This document shows, piece by piece, positions 7,219 through 17,840 of a DNA stretch of 64,000 nt. Positions within the stretch are counted from its first letter, which is position 1. Each line of letters starts with the position of its first letter. The translations under genes were made by a program, and so were the position numbers. The notes under the pieces are model-generated. The model had not been told where the DNA came from. It saw only the letters and a list, made by a program, of their open reading frames with translations, and ran no database searches. The stretch is from Fidelibacterota bacterium (GTDB lineage: Bacteria; Fidelibacterota; Marinisomatia; Marinisomatales; UBA2128), in contig JBHHUM010000001.1 of assembly GCA_046861645.1 (NCBI GenBank), forward strand, positions 27,379 to 91,378. The letters run 5' to 3'.

Positions 7219-8385
7219 ATGGCGACTCGCGAATCTAAGACTATTATTATCATTACCGGGTTATCCCATTTTGCTGTGCACAGCAGTATGCTTTTTTTCC
7301 CTGCTCTTTTGTTAGTTTTTCAAAATGAATTCTCTGCTGAGCCTGTCTCTCTGGCCAAGCTTGGATGGATCTATACCTTATCCAATTTCATGTTCGGATT
7401 AGGTGCGATACCTGCCGGTTGGATTGAAGGAAAAGTTGGTGGCAGAAAACTCTTATTAGTTTACCAGTTTGGAGCTGCAGTTTCAGCTTTGATGGCGGCA
7501 TTATCATGGAATTTAGCTTTTCTGACCATCGCCCTTGTCTTTCTGGGGTTGTTTTCCTCTATCTACCATCCAGCCGGCCTAACTATTATATCTCGTAGAA
7601 TTCGTCAAACCAGTCGAGCTATGGGATATCACGGGATAGCCGGTAGTGCCGGTTTGGCTGCCGGTCCGATCTTTGCTTCCCTAATGGCGGTTACTGGATC
7701 CTGGCGTATGGCTTATGCTACGATTGGAATCTTCTGCCTGTTCTTAGCCTGGGCGACTAAGTTCTTCATTCCGGCTCGAAAAAGCGAAGTTGAAGAAGAT
7801 ATTATCCAGACGGAAATTACAAGGATGAAACCACTGGCAATTTATTATCTAATAGCTGTTTTTATCGGACTTACCTTCTACGGTTTTAAAACTTACATGC
7901 CGGTACATTTCAGCTTGAATGCCACAGGACTATTGGAAAAGTGGGATATTATCATCCGGGGTGGATTGTTTTCAACTATTGTGCTTTTAGCAGGAATTGG
8001 GGGGCAGATTATCGGTGGTAGATTAGGTGATCGGTATAATCGTCCTAATCTGTTGGTCTTGATTTTTATGATACAAACCCCTGTGTTAATTGCTTTTGGT
8101 CTTAGCACTGGACCTTCTGTCTTGGTCTGGGGTGTATTGCTGGGAGTGTTACACTTCTCCCATCAACCCGTCGGGAATTCATTAATAGCTCAATATACTA
8201 CCTCACTCAACCGGGGAATGGGTTATGGTATTTCGTTTTTTCTGAGTTTTGGATTAGGATCTTTTGCCTCTGGAATTAGTGGTTCTTTGGCGGAAAGTCA
8301 TGGCGTTCAAGTCGTTTTTCCCTTTGTCGCTATTTTTATGGCTTGTGCCTTTCTACTTGCGCTATATTTACGGAAGATTTCATGA
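7219..8385 (+). CDS. MFS-type transporter (about 12 TM helices)
   Basis: The sequence is hydrophobic throughout, with MFS-like loops (GWIEGKVGGRKLLL, GGRLGDRYNRPNLL). ATG 7219 is preferred over the TTG 7198 of the ORF track. The substrate is unknown. Confidence 0.7.
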   Translation: MATRESKTIIIITGLSHFAVHSSMLFFPALLLVFQNEFSAEPVSLAKLGWIYTLSNFMFGLGAIPAGWIEGKVGGRKLLLVYQFGAAVSALMAALSWNLAFLTIALVFLGLFSSIYHPAGLTIISRRIRQTSRAMGYHGIAGSAGLAAGPIFASLMAVTGSWRMAYATIGIFCLFLAWATKFFIPARKSEVEEDIIQTEITRMKPLAIYYLIAVFIGLTFYGFKTYMPVHFSLNATGLLEKWDIIIRGGLFSTIVLLAGIGGQIIGGRLGDRYNRPNLLVLIFMIQTPVLIAFGLSTGPSVLVWGVLLGVLHFSHQPVGNSLIAQYTTSLNRGMGYGISFFLSFGLGSFASGISGSLAESHGVQVVFPFVAIFMACAFLLALYLRKIS

Positions 8386-8450
8386 ATTATCTGTTGTTTC
8401 CCTTGCAATTAAGTGATCCCCCTTCTATCTTGTTAAGTTGAGATGATATA

Positions 8451-9827
8451 ATGAAACTACAAGAAATTCCATCGGTCAATACTATTTTGGAAAGCCTTGA
8501 TTTATCTACAATCACTGTACCTCGAAGTTTCGTCACCGACTTGATTCGCCTGGAACTTTCAATGCTGCGCCGAGAAGTTGGATTGGGGAAGATAAGGAAG
8601 ACTCGCAGTGAATTAATTGAGCAAGTCCAACAGAATGTAATTCATGCCACTGAGAAAAGCCTAAAGCAGGTTATTAATGGGACGGGAATTGTCCTGCATA
8701 CAGGTCTTGGACGTGCGCCTCTTGACCAGCAAGTCATTCTGCAATCGGTCAAACGGGTAGCTGGTTATACCAATCTGGAACTTGATCTCGAAACAGGGAG
8801 AAGAGGTGAACGACTTAATCACGTTGAGGCTCTACTTAATTCCCTCGCGGGTTCAGAAGCCTCCCTATTAGTTAATAACAATGCTGCTGCTGTACTTTTG
8901 GCACTTAATACCGTGGCGGAGGGGCAGGAAGTTATCATCTCCCGGGGGCAGTTGGTGGAAATTGGAGGTTCTTTCAGGATTCCAGATGTAATCATCAAAA
9001 GTGGAGCCATTCTTAAAGAAGTCGGGACTACAAACCGTACTCATGAAAAAGATTATAGACAAGCAATTACTCCTCAGACTGGTGCAATCCTTTATGCCCA
9101 CACCAGCAATTATCGGATTGAAGGATTTACTCAAGAAGTAGTTATCTTCGATTTAGCCCGGCTTGCAAGAAAAAAACACCTACCTCTGATTGTTGATTTA
9201 GGTAGTGGGGCTCTCTTCGATTTGATGGAAATCAACCTTCCCTCAGAACCAGTAGTGAAAGAAGTTTTAAAGCAAGGTGCTCATCTGGTTACATTCTCAG
9301 GTGATAAGCTGTTGGGAGGTCCACAGGCGGGTCTCGTCTGTGGTCAAAAGGTGATCGTAAAGAAGTTGCTGAAAAATCCTCTTTATCGAGCCCTCAGATG
9401 TGATAAAATGACTTTAGGCTTAATGGAGGAGACATTGAGAAATTATCAGGATGTTCCTACCTTGAGTAAGAATTTAACCTATCGCTTGTTGAAGACCAAT
9501 CGATCAAGTTTAATTAGACGAGCTAAACGAATAGTGGATAGTTTACCTAAACCAGTCGTACAGCAGCTTGGTATCACGGTAGTAACTTCTCAAGCGGAGG
9601 CTGGAAGTGGTTCCTTACCTACAGAGACCATGGAAAGTGCCGCTCTGCAATTTAATAGTAAAGCCATAAAACCTTCATTACTGGCAGCCGCGTTCCGGCG
9701 AGGAACTCCGCCGGTTTTGGGCTACATTTCTGATAACAAATTCTTCCTGGATATGAAAGCTATCTTACCCTCACAAACCAGACCTTTATCAGCTTTTATA
9801 AAAGCTGTTTTTAATGAAGTCTCATAA
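8451..9827 (+). CDS. selA: L-seryl-tRNA(Sec) selenium transferase SelA
   Basis: INGTGIVLHTGLGRAPL, NNNAAAVLLAL and the PLP-lysine region FSGDKLLGGPQAG are SelA hallmarks. It overlaps selB by 1 nt (taATG). Confidence 0.9.
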   Translation: MKLQEIPSVNTILESLDLSTITVPRSFVTDLIRLELSMLRREVGLGKIRKTRSELIEQVQQNVIHATEKSLKQVINGTGIVLHTGLGRAPLDQQVILQSVKRVAGYTNLELDLETGRRGERLNHVEALLNSLAGSEASLLVNNNAAAVLLALNTVAEGQEVIISRGQLVEIGGSFRIPDVIIKSGAILKEVGTTNRTHEKDYRQAITPQTGAILYAHTSNYRIEGFTQEVVIFDLARLARKKHLPLIVDLGSGALFDLMEINLPSEPVVKEVLKQGAHLVTFSGDKLLGGPQAGLVCGQKVIVKKLLKNPLYRALRCDKMTLGLMEETLRNYQDVPTLSKNLTYRLLKTNRSSLIRRAKRIVDSLPKPVVQQLGITVVTSQAEAGSGSLPTETMESAALQFNSKAIKPSLLAAAFRRGTPPVLGYISDNKFFLDMKAILPSQTRPLSAFIKAVFNEVS

Positions 9828-11710
9828 TGATGTCTCAAGTCATAATTGGCACCGCCGGACATATCGATCATGGTAAAACAGCTCTGGTTAAAGCGTTAAC
9901 CGGTACAGATACTGATCGATTACCGGAAGAGCAACGTCGGGGAATGACTATCGACCTCGGTTTTGCGTTCCTGACTGATCATATCACAATCATTGATGTT
10001 CCTGGGCATGAAAAGTTTATCCGTAATATGGTAGCTGGAGTTAGTACAGTGGACATTGCTTTACTGGCCATTGCTGCCGATGATGGTATCATGCCCCAGA
10101 CCCGGGAACATCTTGACATCCTGCAACTCTTAAAAGTGCAGAAAGGGTGTGTAGCAATAACAAAATGTGATCTATCTGAAAGCAAGGAGTGGCTTTATTT
10201 ATTGGAAGAAGATATTAAAGATTATATAGGTGGTACCACTCTAAAAGAAATGCCCATCGTCAGGACATCTGCTGTCACTGGGGAGGGTATTACCGATCTT
10301 AAAAAGTACCTTTTGAATCTTTCCAATCAGGTGCAAGCTCGAAGTGACCGTGGGTTTTTCCGGCAATCCATTGATCGAGTGTTCACCATGAAAGGTTTTG
10401 GTACGGTGGTTACTGGCACTGTTATCAGTGGTTCTGCCACCGTCGGAGATTCTATCGAGATTGTGCCTGGTGAAGTAACAGCTAAAATCAGGAGTTTGCA
10501 ATCCCACGGCAAAGATGTTAAAATGGTGCAGGTGGGCGATAGATCGGCTGTGAATCTGAGTGGGGTTGATCGTCAATCGTTGAAACGAGGTTCGCAAATC
10601 GTCTCAGACGGTTTTCTCAAAGCTGTAAAATCATTTGGAGCCCATATCTCTCTGACTTTAAATACGTCCCGTAAATTGAAACATGAGCAACGAGTTCGTG
10701 TTCATATTGGTACGGACGAGATCATGGGTCGGGTCTACATTGTGAGTTCTAATCGCCACAAAAGTATTCAGGGTGGAGAAGAGGCTACGGTTCTTATCCG
10801 CCTGGAAAAGCCAGCTCCATTAGCTATGGATGATCCCTTAATCATTCGCCTCTATTCTCCACCGGAAACTCTGGGCGGTGGGACGGTCATCGATACCTAT
10901 CCACCATTCAGATGGAAAGATACCAGAAAGTGGTTACAAGTTCTTGATGAATCTTCAAACGATATTCGCCCAACTCTTTTTTTCAAGCAGGATAAATCCG
11001 CTCCCAAAACATTGTTACAGTTGTGCCAGAGATTTCAAATGGGCTCAGATCAATTGCAAGCATATCTAGAGACATTGGATTTAATTCATTTTGGTCCCGA
11101 ACGCGATCCTTTTATTGCACTTGCAGATGATATTGAAGAACAAAAGTTGGCGTTGTTGGATGTTGTGAACACCTATCACGAACAGAAAGTTTATCGTTTG
11201 GGTATACCCAGGGATGAACTCCGACAGAAATTGGGTTATAGCGAAGCACTTTTTGATTTTCTCCTAAGTGAACTAGTGGGAAAGAAGGAGTTGGAGATCA
11301 GAGATGGACTTGTCAGGGCCAGTGGGTATGTAATGACACTCAGTGAAAGTGACCAGGTTCAGGTTCAGAAGGTTTTCAATAAGCTTCAGAAATATGGTAC
11401 TACCCCACCAGTGGTTATTGATTTAGCACGAGAACTGGGATTGTCTGAAAAAAAGGTCCAGGAAATTTTACATGTTTTGAAAAATGAGCAACGGGTAACA
11501 GATATCTCTAGGAATTTATGGTACAGTACCAAAGTCCTTTCTGAATTGGAGAGGACAATTCGAAAATATTTTACTACTCACCAAACTATGTCAGTCCTTG
11601 ATTTCAAGAGTCTCACCAAGACCACACGTAAACATGCGATTCCATTGCTTGAGTATTTAGATCGTCATGAAATAACGCTTCGTGAGGGTGACAGGAGAGT
11701 TTTAGCATGA
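9827..11710 (+). CDS. selB: Selenocysteine-specific translation elongation factor SelB
   Basis: It has an EF-Tu-like G domain ([31 protein letters not shown]) and a long C-terminal winged-helix extension. It is 627 aa and lies immediately after selA. Confidence 0.9.
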   Translation: MMSQVIIGTAGHIDHGKTALVKALTGTDTDRLPEEQRRGMTIDLGFAFLTDHITIIDVPGHEKFIRNMVAGVSTVDIALLAIAADDGIMPQTREHLDILQLLKVQKGCVAITKCDLSESKEWLYLLEEDIKDYIGGTTLKEMPIVRTSAVTGEGITDLKKYLLNLSNQVQARSDRGFFRQSIDRVFTMKGFGTVVTGTVISGSATVGDSIEIVPGEVTAKIRSLQSHGKDVKMVQVGDRSAVNLSGVDRQSLKRGSQIVSDGFLKAVKSFGAHISLTLNTSRKLKHEQRVRVHIGTDEIMGRVYIVSSNRHKSIQGGEEATVLIRLEKPAPLAMDDPLIIRLYSPPETLGGGTVIDTYPPFRWKDTRKWLQVLDESSNDIRPTLFFKQDKSAPKTLLQLCQRFQMGSDQLQAYLETLDLIHFGPERDPFIALADDIEEQKLALLDVVNTYHEQKVYRLGIPRDELRQKLGYSEALFDFLLSELVGKKELEIRDGLVRASGYVMTLSESDQVQVQKVFNKLQKYGTTPPVVIDLARELGLSEKKVQEILHVLKNEQRVTDISRNLWYSTKVLSELERTIRKYFTTHQTMSVLDFKSLTKTTRKHAIPLLEYLDRHEITLREGDRRVLA

Positions 11711-14319
11711 CATCCTCGAAAAAAGGAAAATCAGGGAAAATGACACCCCTCATGAAACAATATTATGAGGTTAAGAGTCAACATCCAGATGCATTGGTAC
11801 TTTTTAGGATGGGAGATTTTTTCGAGACATTTGATGAAGATGCCAAAATCACTTCCCGGATTTTGGATATTACTCTGACAAAGAGGTCAAATGGAGCTGC
11901 TGCAGAAGTGCCCTTGGCCGGCTTTCCCCATCATGCTTTGGACTCTTATCTACCCAAATTAGTGGAGGCGGGACTCCGTGTAGCCATTTGCGAACAGGTT
12001 GAAGACCCCAAACTGGCCAAAGGAATTGTCAAGAGGGAAGTGATCGAGGTAGTGACTCCAGGTACCGCTTCTGTTGAAGGTATTTCCCGTCCCCAAAGAA
12101 ACAATTTTTTAGGAGCCTTTTTCAGCGGACATGAAAGAGTAGGTTTTTCTTTTCTGGATCATTCCACAGGCGAATTTTACGTCGGTGAGTGTCCAGAAGA
12201 AAATCTATCGGAAACAGTACTGAAATTTTCTCCAAGGGAAGTTATTATAGAGGAAGGACGTCCCTACAGTGAAGAGCAATGGTATCAACGTTTAAAACCT
12301 TTCATTACTGAGATGGATGAGTGGGCTTTTGACATAAAAGCGGCACAGCAATCTCTTACCGAACAATTGGGGACACCTTCTTTGAAACCCTTTGGTTGTG
12401 ATGATCTCAATGAAGGAATTGCAGCTGCTGGAATAATCTTGAGTTATGTACAACGTAATATTCCTAACAGTGTTGCTCATATCACTCGACTGAGGAGAGT
12501 ACGAGATGAAAATGTTATGGGACTGGATGCCTTCACGATTCGCAATTTGGAGCTGTTTCAGTCTCTATCCACACAGGGAACCCATGGAACGCTCATTTCA
12601 ATATTAGATCAAACGGTTACTCCCGGGGGAGGGCGACTGTTGCGCAGACGGCTACAGTATCCCCTGGTGAACTGTAAAGAAATAGAACATAGACTGGATC
12701 GGGTGGCAGGGTTTTTAGAGGATAGTGATCTAAGATCGGAAGTGAGACATCAGCTCTCTCTCTGTACTGATTTGGAGCGTAATCTGGCCCGTTTGAGTCG
12801 AGGGCGAGGTTCACCACGAGATGCGGCAAGTATTAGTTCAACCCTCTCCTTGTTTCCAGAAATCTGTGTCACAATAGGTGAATCAGATAACAATTCCTTA
12901 CATGAGTTAGTTTCTGAAACACCAGATACGTCATCAATTGTCCAACGAATTGTTACTACCTTGGTGGATGATGTGCCCATCAGTCTGACCAAAGGAAGAG
13001 TTATACGTCAGGGAGTGGATAGCGAACTAGACGAACTCAGGGCTATCGCCGTCAGTGGCAAAGATTGGATTGCAGCTATGCAGGAAAGTGAACGGCAGGC
13101 CACAGGTATTCCTTCCTTGAAAGTTGGTTATAACAAGGTATTTGGATATTATTTGTCTGTCACAAAGAGCCAACTGGAAAAAGTACCTGAACATTATATA
13201 CGAAAGCAGACGCTCGTTAATGCAGAAAGATATGTGACACCTGAGCTGAAAGAATATGAGGAGAAAATTCTCACTTCCGAGGAGAAGATACTGGAAATTG
13301 AATTACGGATCTTTAACGAGTTGCGGTTGTGGATTTTGGAACAAGCTAAGCTTATTCAGCAAAGTGCCTTTCTGCTAAACGAAATTGATTTTATTACTAC
13401 GTTAGCCGAGGTTGCCCAGCAAAATAATTATGTTAAGCCACGTATAACTGATGAGACACGTTTAATCTTAAAGGAGTCTCGACATCCAGTGATAGAAGCT
13501 ATTCTTCCTTCTGGCGAAGAGTTCGTTGCCAATGATTTAAGCATGAATTGCTCTAAGAGTCAGATTCTACTCATTACGGGACCTAATATGGCTGGGAAAT
13601 CCACTTATCTACGCCAGATAGGCTTAATCGTAGTCCTGGCTCAGATGGGCAGTTTTGTACCTGCCCGAGAGGCTGAAATAGGTATAGTAGATCGCCTTTT
13701 CACACGTGTAGGTGCAAGTGATAACCTGGCTGGAGGGGAATCTACGTTCCTCGTCGAAATGATTGAAGCCGCCAATATACTCAATAATGCTACCCCTCAA
13801 AGCCTGATTATTTTCGATGAAATCGGTCGTGGAACGGCCACTTTTGATGGTCTGTCGTTGGCCTGGGCTATAACCGAATTTGTACATAACACGCCTTATG
13901 CTCAGGCTCGTACGCTTTTTGCCACCCACTATCATGAACTGACTGAATTAGAAGAAATTCTGGAAAGGGTAGTTAATTATAATGTAGCCGTAAAGGAATT
14001 TGGTGATAAAGTGGTATTTTTAAGAAAGATTGTTCCTGGTCCAACTGATAAAAGCTATGGCATTCATGTGGCGAAAATGGCTGGACTACCCGGTCCGGTG
14101 ATTAACCGAGCTACTGAGATTCTCAGTCACTTAATCAGACACGAATCTCTACAAGTTGATGGAACCGCACCGCCCAAGGATGCGTCTAAGCAGATAAACT
14201 TGTTTCAGGAAGAAGAATCCAATTTGAAAAAAAAGTTGGCCGAACTCGAGATTAATAACATGACTCCATTGGAAGCTCTGCAAGAGTTAGACAGGCTCAA
14301 GTCTGAATACGGACTCTGA
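11707..14319 (+). CDS. mutS: DNA mismatch repair protein MutS
   Basis: TPLMKQYYEVKSQHPDALVLFRMGDFFETF is the mismatch-binding domain. It has the Walker A motif ITGPNMAGKSTYLRQ, plus STFLVEM and DEIGRGT. Confidence 0.97.
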   Translation: MTSSKKGKSGKMTPLMKQYYEVKSQHPDALVLFRMGDFFETFDEDAKITSRILDITLTKRSNGAAAEVPLAGFPHHALDSYLPKLVEAGLRVAICEQVEDPKLAKGIVKREVIEVVTPGTASVEGISRPQRNNFLGAFFSGHERVGFSFLDHSTGEFYVGECPEENLSETVLKFSPREVIIEEGRPYSEEQWYQRLKPFITEMDEWAFDIKAAQQSLTEQLGTPSLKPFGCDDLNEGIAAAGIILSYVQRNIPNSVAHITRLRRVRDENVMGLDAFTIRNLELFQSLSTQGTHGTLISILDQTVTPGGGRLLRRRLQYPLVNCKEIEHRLDRVAGFLEDSDLRSEVRHQLSLCTDLERNLARLSRGRGSPRDAASISSTLSLFPEICVTIGESDNNSLHELVSETPDTSSIVQRIVTTLVDDVPISLTKGRVIRQGVDSELDELRAIAVSGKDWIAAMQESERQATGIPSLKVGYNKVFGYYLSVTKSQLEKVPEHYIRKQTLVNAERYVTPELKEYEEKILTSEEKILEIELRIFNELRLWILEQAKLIQQSAFLLNEIDFITTLAEVAQQNNYVKPRITDETRLILKESRHPVIEAILPSGEEFVANDLSMNCSKSQILLITGPNMAGKSTYLRQIGLIVVLAQMGSFVPAREAEIGIVDRLFTRVGASDNLAGGESTFLVEMIEAANILNNATPQSLIIFDEIGRGTATFDGLSLAWAITEFVHNTPYAQARTLFATHYHELTELEEILERVVNYNVAVKEFGDKVVFLRKIVPGPTDKSYGIHVAKMAGLPGPVINRATEILSHLIRHESLQVDGTAPPKDASKQINLFQEEESNLKKKLAELEINNMTPLEALQELDRLKSEYGL

Positions 14320-14326
14320 ACTGTAC

Positions 14327-15352
14327 ATGAAGTTTCTTGAATTAACACTAATATTTACTCTTTCAGTGACCCTTCTTCCTGGTGAGTCCATTTGGATAAA
14401 GTATGGAAATCAGGCTTTTAAAGGTGCAGGTGATGCTCGTACTATCGCCCTTAGTGAATCTAATTCGGCTGTTATTACAGGTCCCTTTGCCGCCCTCTGG
14501 AATCCATCTAATTTAGCTTTGGAGGGTAGACAAACATTTGTTTATGCACATCAAGAGCGGTTTGCAGGGATCGTGAATTTTGATGTTGTAGCAGTTAATC
14601 TTAAGAAATACTTGGATATGAATTGGTCCTTGGTACTAATTAGACAAGGGGTGGAGGGAATACCTAATACTACTCAGGCTCTTTACCTCGGTACAGGATC
14701 ACTTGATAATCCAGATGAAAGAATTCTGGAATCAGAAGTGACCTATTTCAATCAGGTACAATGGGCTGCGGTATTCGGAGGAGGATTTAAAAGAGGACAG
14801 TGGGATTTGGGCAGTAATTTGCGTTTGTTAAATCATCGCTTAGGAAGATATTCTGGTTATGGGGTTGGCTTTGATTTAAGTATATCCCGGAATTTCTTCC
14901 GAGGGAACAGAAGTGCCCTTATCCTTAAAGATATTACTACCTCCTGGGTTGTGTGGGATTCTGGAACAGTAGAACGAATTGCTCCTACCATCGTCTTAAG
15001 TGATGGTCAAAAGCTGAAATTGGAAAAAATGAATACGGATATTACTCTGACTACCTCAGTGAATCTTAATCTTAACGGTAGAAACCTGACGGATGATTTT
15101 ACTTTAGGTACTATAGGGGCTCAGTATTTTGGGGGGGTGGAAATTGGCTATCGGGATAGGGTTCATCTGCGTTTAGGCAGACATCCGCTAACTGAATTTA
15201 CATTAGGAGTGGGGTTGACTTTTCCCTTTGGTGGACTTGATTATGCTTTTTCTCCTTCTCCAGGAAGTAGCATCCTGGGTAATAGTCACCATGTTGCTTT
15301 GAAACTAAGGCTTGAATACCTACATTTACTGCGTGAGCGTTTGCTTGGTTGA
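14327..15352 (+). CDS. Hypothetical outer-membrane beta-barrel protein (PorV/FadL-like N-terminal motif)
   Basis: It has a signal peptide, then GAGDARTIALSESNSAVITGPFAALWNPSNLA, which resembles the G.G.RA.AMGGA....NPAGLA motif of PorV/FadL-like barrels. Alternating beta-strand-like segments follow, with an aromatic-rich C-terminus. The family assignment is tentative. Confidence 0.4.
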   Translation: MKFLELTLIFTLSVTLLPGESIWIKYGNQAFKGAGDARTIALSESNSAVITGPFAALWNPSNLALEGRQTFVYAHQERFAGIVNFDVVAVNLKKYLDMNWSLVLIRQGVEGIPNTTQALYLGTGSLDNPDERILESEVTYFNQVQWAAVFGGGFKRGQWDLGSNLRLLNHRLGRYSGYGVGFDLSISRNFFRGNRSALILKDITTSWVVWDSGTVERIAPTIVLSDGQKLKLEKMNTDITLTTSVNLNLNGRNLTDDFTLGTIGAQYFGGVEIGYRDRVHLRLGRHPLTEFTLGVGLTFPFGGLDYAFSPSPGSSILGNSHHVALKLRLEYLHLLRERLLG

Positions 15353-15453
15353 ATGTGGATAACTTCTTGATAATCGGAGTTTTATTCATCCAGTTTGCTG
15401 TTGCACCACCGAGTGAGTTCCGGTAAATTCCAACTCTTCATCGAAAGATAAAA

Positions 15454-16317
15454 TTGATAAAAAGTATGACAGGTTTTGGCTCTGGTTCTTTAGAGTCGAT
15501 AGATCACAGATTATTCATAGAAGTCCGTGCAGTAAATGGACGTTTCTTTGAGGCAAAAATTAGACTGCCTCGAACGGCGGTTTCTTTGGAGCATCTCATC
15601 AGAAAGAAGGTTAAGGAAATCTGTCAGCGGGGGCATTTCTCTGTGCTGGTGGAAATTGAGAGAAATGTGGGTGAGAATGGTTCTACACTCTTCGATAGAG
15701 AGAAGTTTGAGAACTATCGATCGATACTTGCCGCAATTAAAGAAGAATATGGAGAAAGTCTTGACATTGATCAAGTCATCACTATTAATGATCTATTGCA
15801 GCATCAAAAAAAGTTTGAGGTTAGTACTGATGATCTGATGAGAATTTTAGTGGATGCTTTAGAGCAATTAGATAAAATGCGCGCTGCTGAAGGTATGATT
15901 CTCGCTGAAGATATGCAGGCACGAACTCAAAAGTTAAGTAGCTACCTAAAAGAAATTGAGGACTACTGGGGAAAACGGTCATCGTTAATTCGTGAGGAAT
16001 ATGAATCCAAAATAGCTCAAATAGCAGGGGAAGTGAACACTGAATCTTCAAGGATAATCCAGGAAGCGGCCATATTAGCAGAAAAGTTAGATATCACCGA
16101 AGAATGTGTCCGCTGCCAAAGTCATCTTGATCAGTTTGCATCATTACTTGAGTCAGAGGATCCAGTAGGTAAAAGGATGAACTTTCTGTTGCAGGAAATT
16201 AACCGCGAAATCAACACTGTTGGAGCCAAATCGAATCAACTGGAAGTCATTCAAAGAGTTGTGGATATGAAAGATGAAGTAGAAAAATTGAAGGAACAGG
16301 TTCAGAACGTTCTGTGA
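15454..16317 (+). CDS. yicC: YicC-family stress-induced protein / endoribonuclease
   Basis: MIKSMTGFG is the family N-terminus, and NFLLQEINREINTVGAKS is the C-terminal signature. It lies upstream of gmk, as is common. Confidence 0.9.
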   Translation: MIKSMTGFGSGSLESIDHRLFIEVRAVNGRFFEAKIRLPRTAVSLEHLIRKKVKEICQRGHFSVLVEIERNVGENGSTLFDREKFENYRSILAAIKEEYGESLDIDQVITINDLLQHQKKFEVSTDDLMRILVDALEQLDKMRAAEGMILAEDMQARTQKLSSYLKEIEDYWGKRSSLIREEYESKIAQIAGEVNTESSRIIQEAAILAEKLDITEECVRCQSHLDQFASLLESEDPVGKRMNFLLQEINREINTVGAKSNQLEVIQRVVDMKDEVEKLKEQVQNVL

Positions 16318-16895
16318 TGAAAAATTTAATAGTAATTTCTGCTCCTTCTGGAGCGGGTAAAACCACCATCTGCCGGGAACTGCAGAAACGACGCCCAGAT
16401 TTGGAATTTTCCGTATCTTGTACGACTCGTCCCAAACGATCTTACGAAATAGAAGGTGTTGATTATGAGTTTATTGATGAAAAAGAGTTCCAAAGACGTG
16501 TAGTTGACAACGAACTGGTGGAACATGAAGAAGTCCATGGTTTTCTTTATGGAACCCCCCGTAAAGTGGTGGAGAAAGTTATTGCTGAGGATAGATTATT
16601 GCTACTTGAAGTAGATGTAAAGGGAGGTCTCTCCATTAAGAATAGCTATCCAAAAAACACTTTGGCTATTTTCATAAAGCCACCTAGTGTGGAAGAACTC
16701 CAACGCAGACTAAGACGACGGGGGTCTGAACCGGAAGAACGAATAGTAAAACGGCTTGAACGGATGGAATTAGAAATGTTATATGAACCAAAGTATGATA
16801 TTACCGTGGTGAATGAAGATTTGGATGCAACGGTGACATCAGTCATGAATTCAATTGAATTAACTAACCAGGTAGAGGAGGAAACATGGGATTGA
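16314..16895 (+). CDS. gmk: Guanylate kinase
   Basis: It has the P-loop ISAPSGAGKTT, plus SCTTRPKR..E..GVDYEF. Confidence 0.95.
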   Translation: MMKNLIVISAPSGAGKTTICRELQKRRPDLEFSVSCTTRPKRSYEIEGVDYEFIDEKEFQRRVVDNELVEHEEVHGFLYGTPRKVVEKVIAEDRLLLLEVDVKGGLSIKNSYPKNTLAIFIKPPSVEELQRRLRRRGSEPEERIVKRLERMELEMLYEPKYDITVVNEDLDATVTSVMNSIELTNQVEEETWD

Positions 16896-17173
16896 AAAGT
16901 GTTCCCAATAGGGAGATTGAGAAACTTGCCGGAGATATGTTTGAAGCAACAGTAGTAACCTCTCAAAGGTCTCGTCAGATTGTGGCCAGGCGCCATGCTT
17001 TGAAGGAAATAAGGGAATTTGAAGAAGAACCGAACCTGATGGACGAAGCTTTAGTACAGGAAGAAGATTATATTGAAGAGGAAAAGGCCACCACGGTGGC
17101 TCTGAAGGAATTTCTTCGAGGAGAACTTAAATGGAAGTACAGTTACAGTGTGGAGGAAAACGAAGAGATTTAG
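16886..17173 (+). CDS. rpoZ: DNA-directed RNA polymerase subunit omega
   Basis: This is a 95-aa ORF directly after gmk, which is conserved synteny. The FEATVVTSQRSRQIVARR segment resembles the omega core (N.YELV..AA.RARQ). It has an acidic C-terminus. Confidence 0.7.
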   Translation: MGLKSVPNREIEKLAGDMFEATVVTSQRSRQIVARRHALKEIREFEEEPNLMDEALVQEEDYIEEEKATTVALKEFLRGELKWKYSYSVEENEEI

Positions 17174-17838
17174 TGGGTGAGAAAATTTCTACAAATGAAC
17201 TGATTAAACGTTATTTCTCACAGACAAAGGAAATGTTTGGGGACGATCTATTTATATCTTTTCCTGAGAACAGTTCAGTCGGAAACACTATCAAGAGTCT
17301 TGCAGATTTCGAGCGATCAATCTCGAACTGTAGAAAATGCAATCTCTGGAAGGGGAGAACAAACTTTGTGTTTGGAGTTGGTGATCCCCACGCTGATTTG
17401 GTGCTTGTAGGTGAAGCCCCAGGCCGGGAAGAGGATTTGCAGGGAGAACCTTTTGTAGGGCGAGCAGGTCATCTTTTAGACAAAATTTTGGCGGCTATTA
17501 ACTTAAAACGGGCAGAGGTATACATCTGTAATGTTCTGAAAAGTCGACCACCTGATAACCGTACACCTCATCAAGATGAAATTGATACTTGTCTGCCTTA
17601 TTTGGAAACCCAGTTAGAAATTATCGATCCTAAGCTCATTGTTGCTTTGGGCGCCACAGCAGCCCAAACATTGTTGAAAGTCAAAACTCCACTGGGGAAA
17701 TTGAGGTCGCAATTATGGAGTTGGCGGCGGTATAGACTCGTTGTAACATATCATCCTGCTGCTCTGCTACGTAATCAGAGTTGGAAACACCCAGCCTGGG
17801 AGGATTTTCAATGGATACAAAAGTTACTTGAGGCTTAA
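17173..17838 (+). CDS. Uracil-DNA glycosylase, family 4 (Fe-S type)
   Basis: [51 protein letters not shown] is the family-4 UDG signature. The start is uncertain: GTG 17173 overlaps the rpoZ stop, while the ORF track starts at ATG 17131. Confidence 0.85.
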   Translation: MGEKISTNELIKRYFSQTKEMFGDDLFISFPENSSVGNTIKSLADFERSISNCRKCNLWKGRTNFVFGVGDPHADLVLVGEAPGREEDLQGEPFVGRAGHLLDKILAAINLKRAEVYICNVLKSRPPDNRTPHQDEIDTCLPYLETQLEIIDPKLIVALGATAAQTLLKVKTPLGKLRSQLWSWRRYRLVVTYHPAALLRNQSWKHPAWEDFQWIQKLLEA

Positions 17839-17840
17839 TT

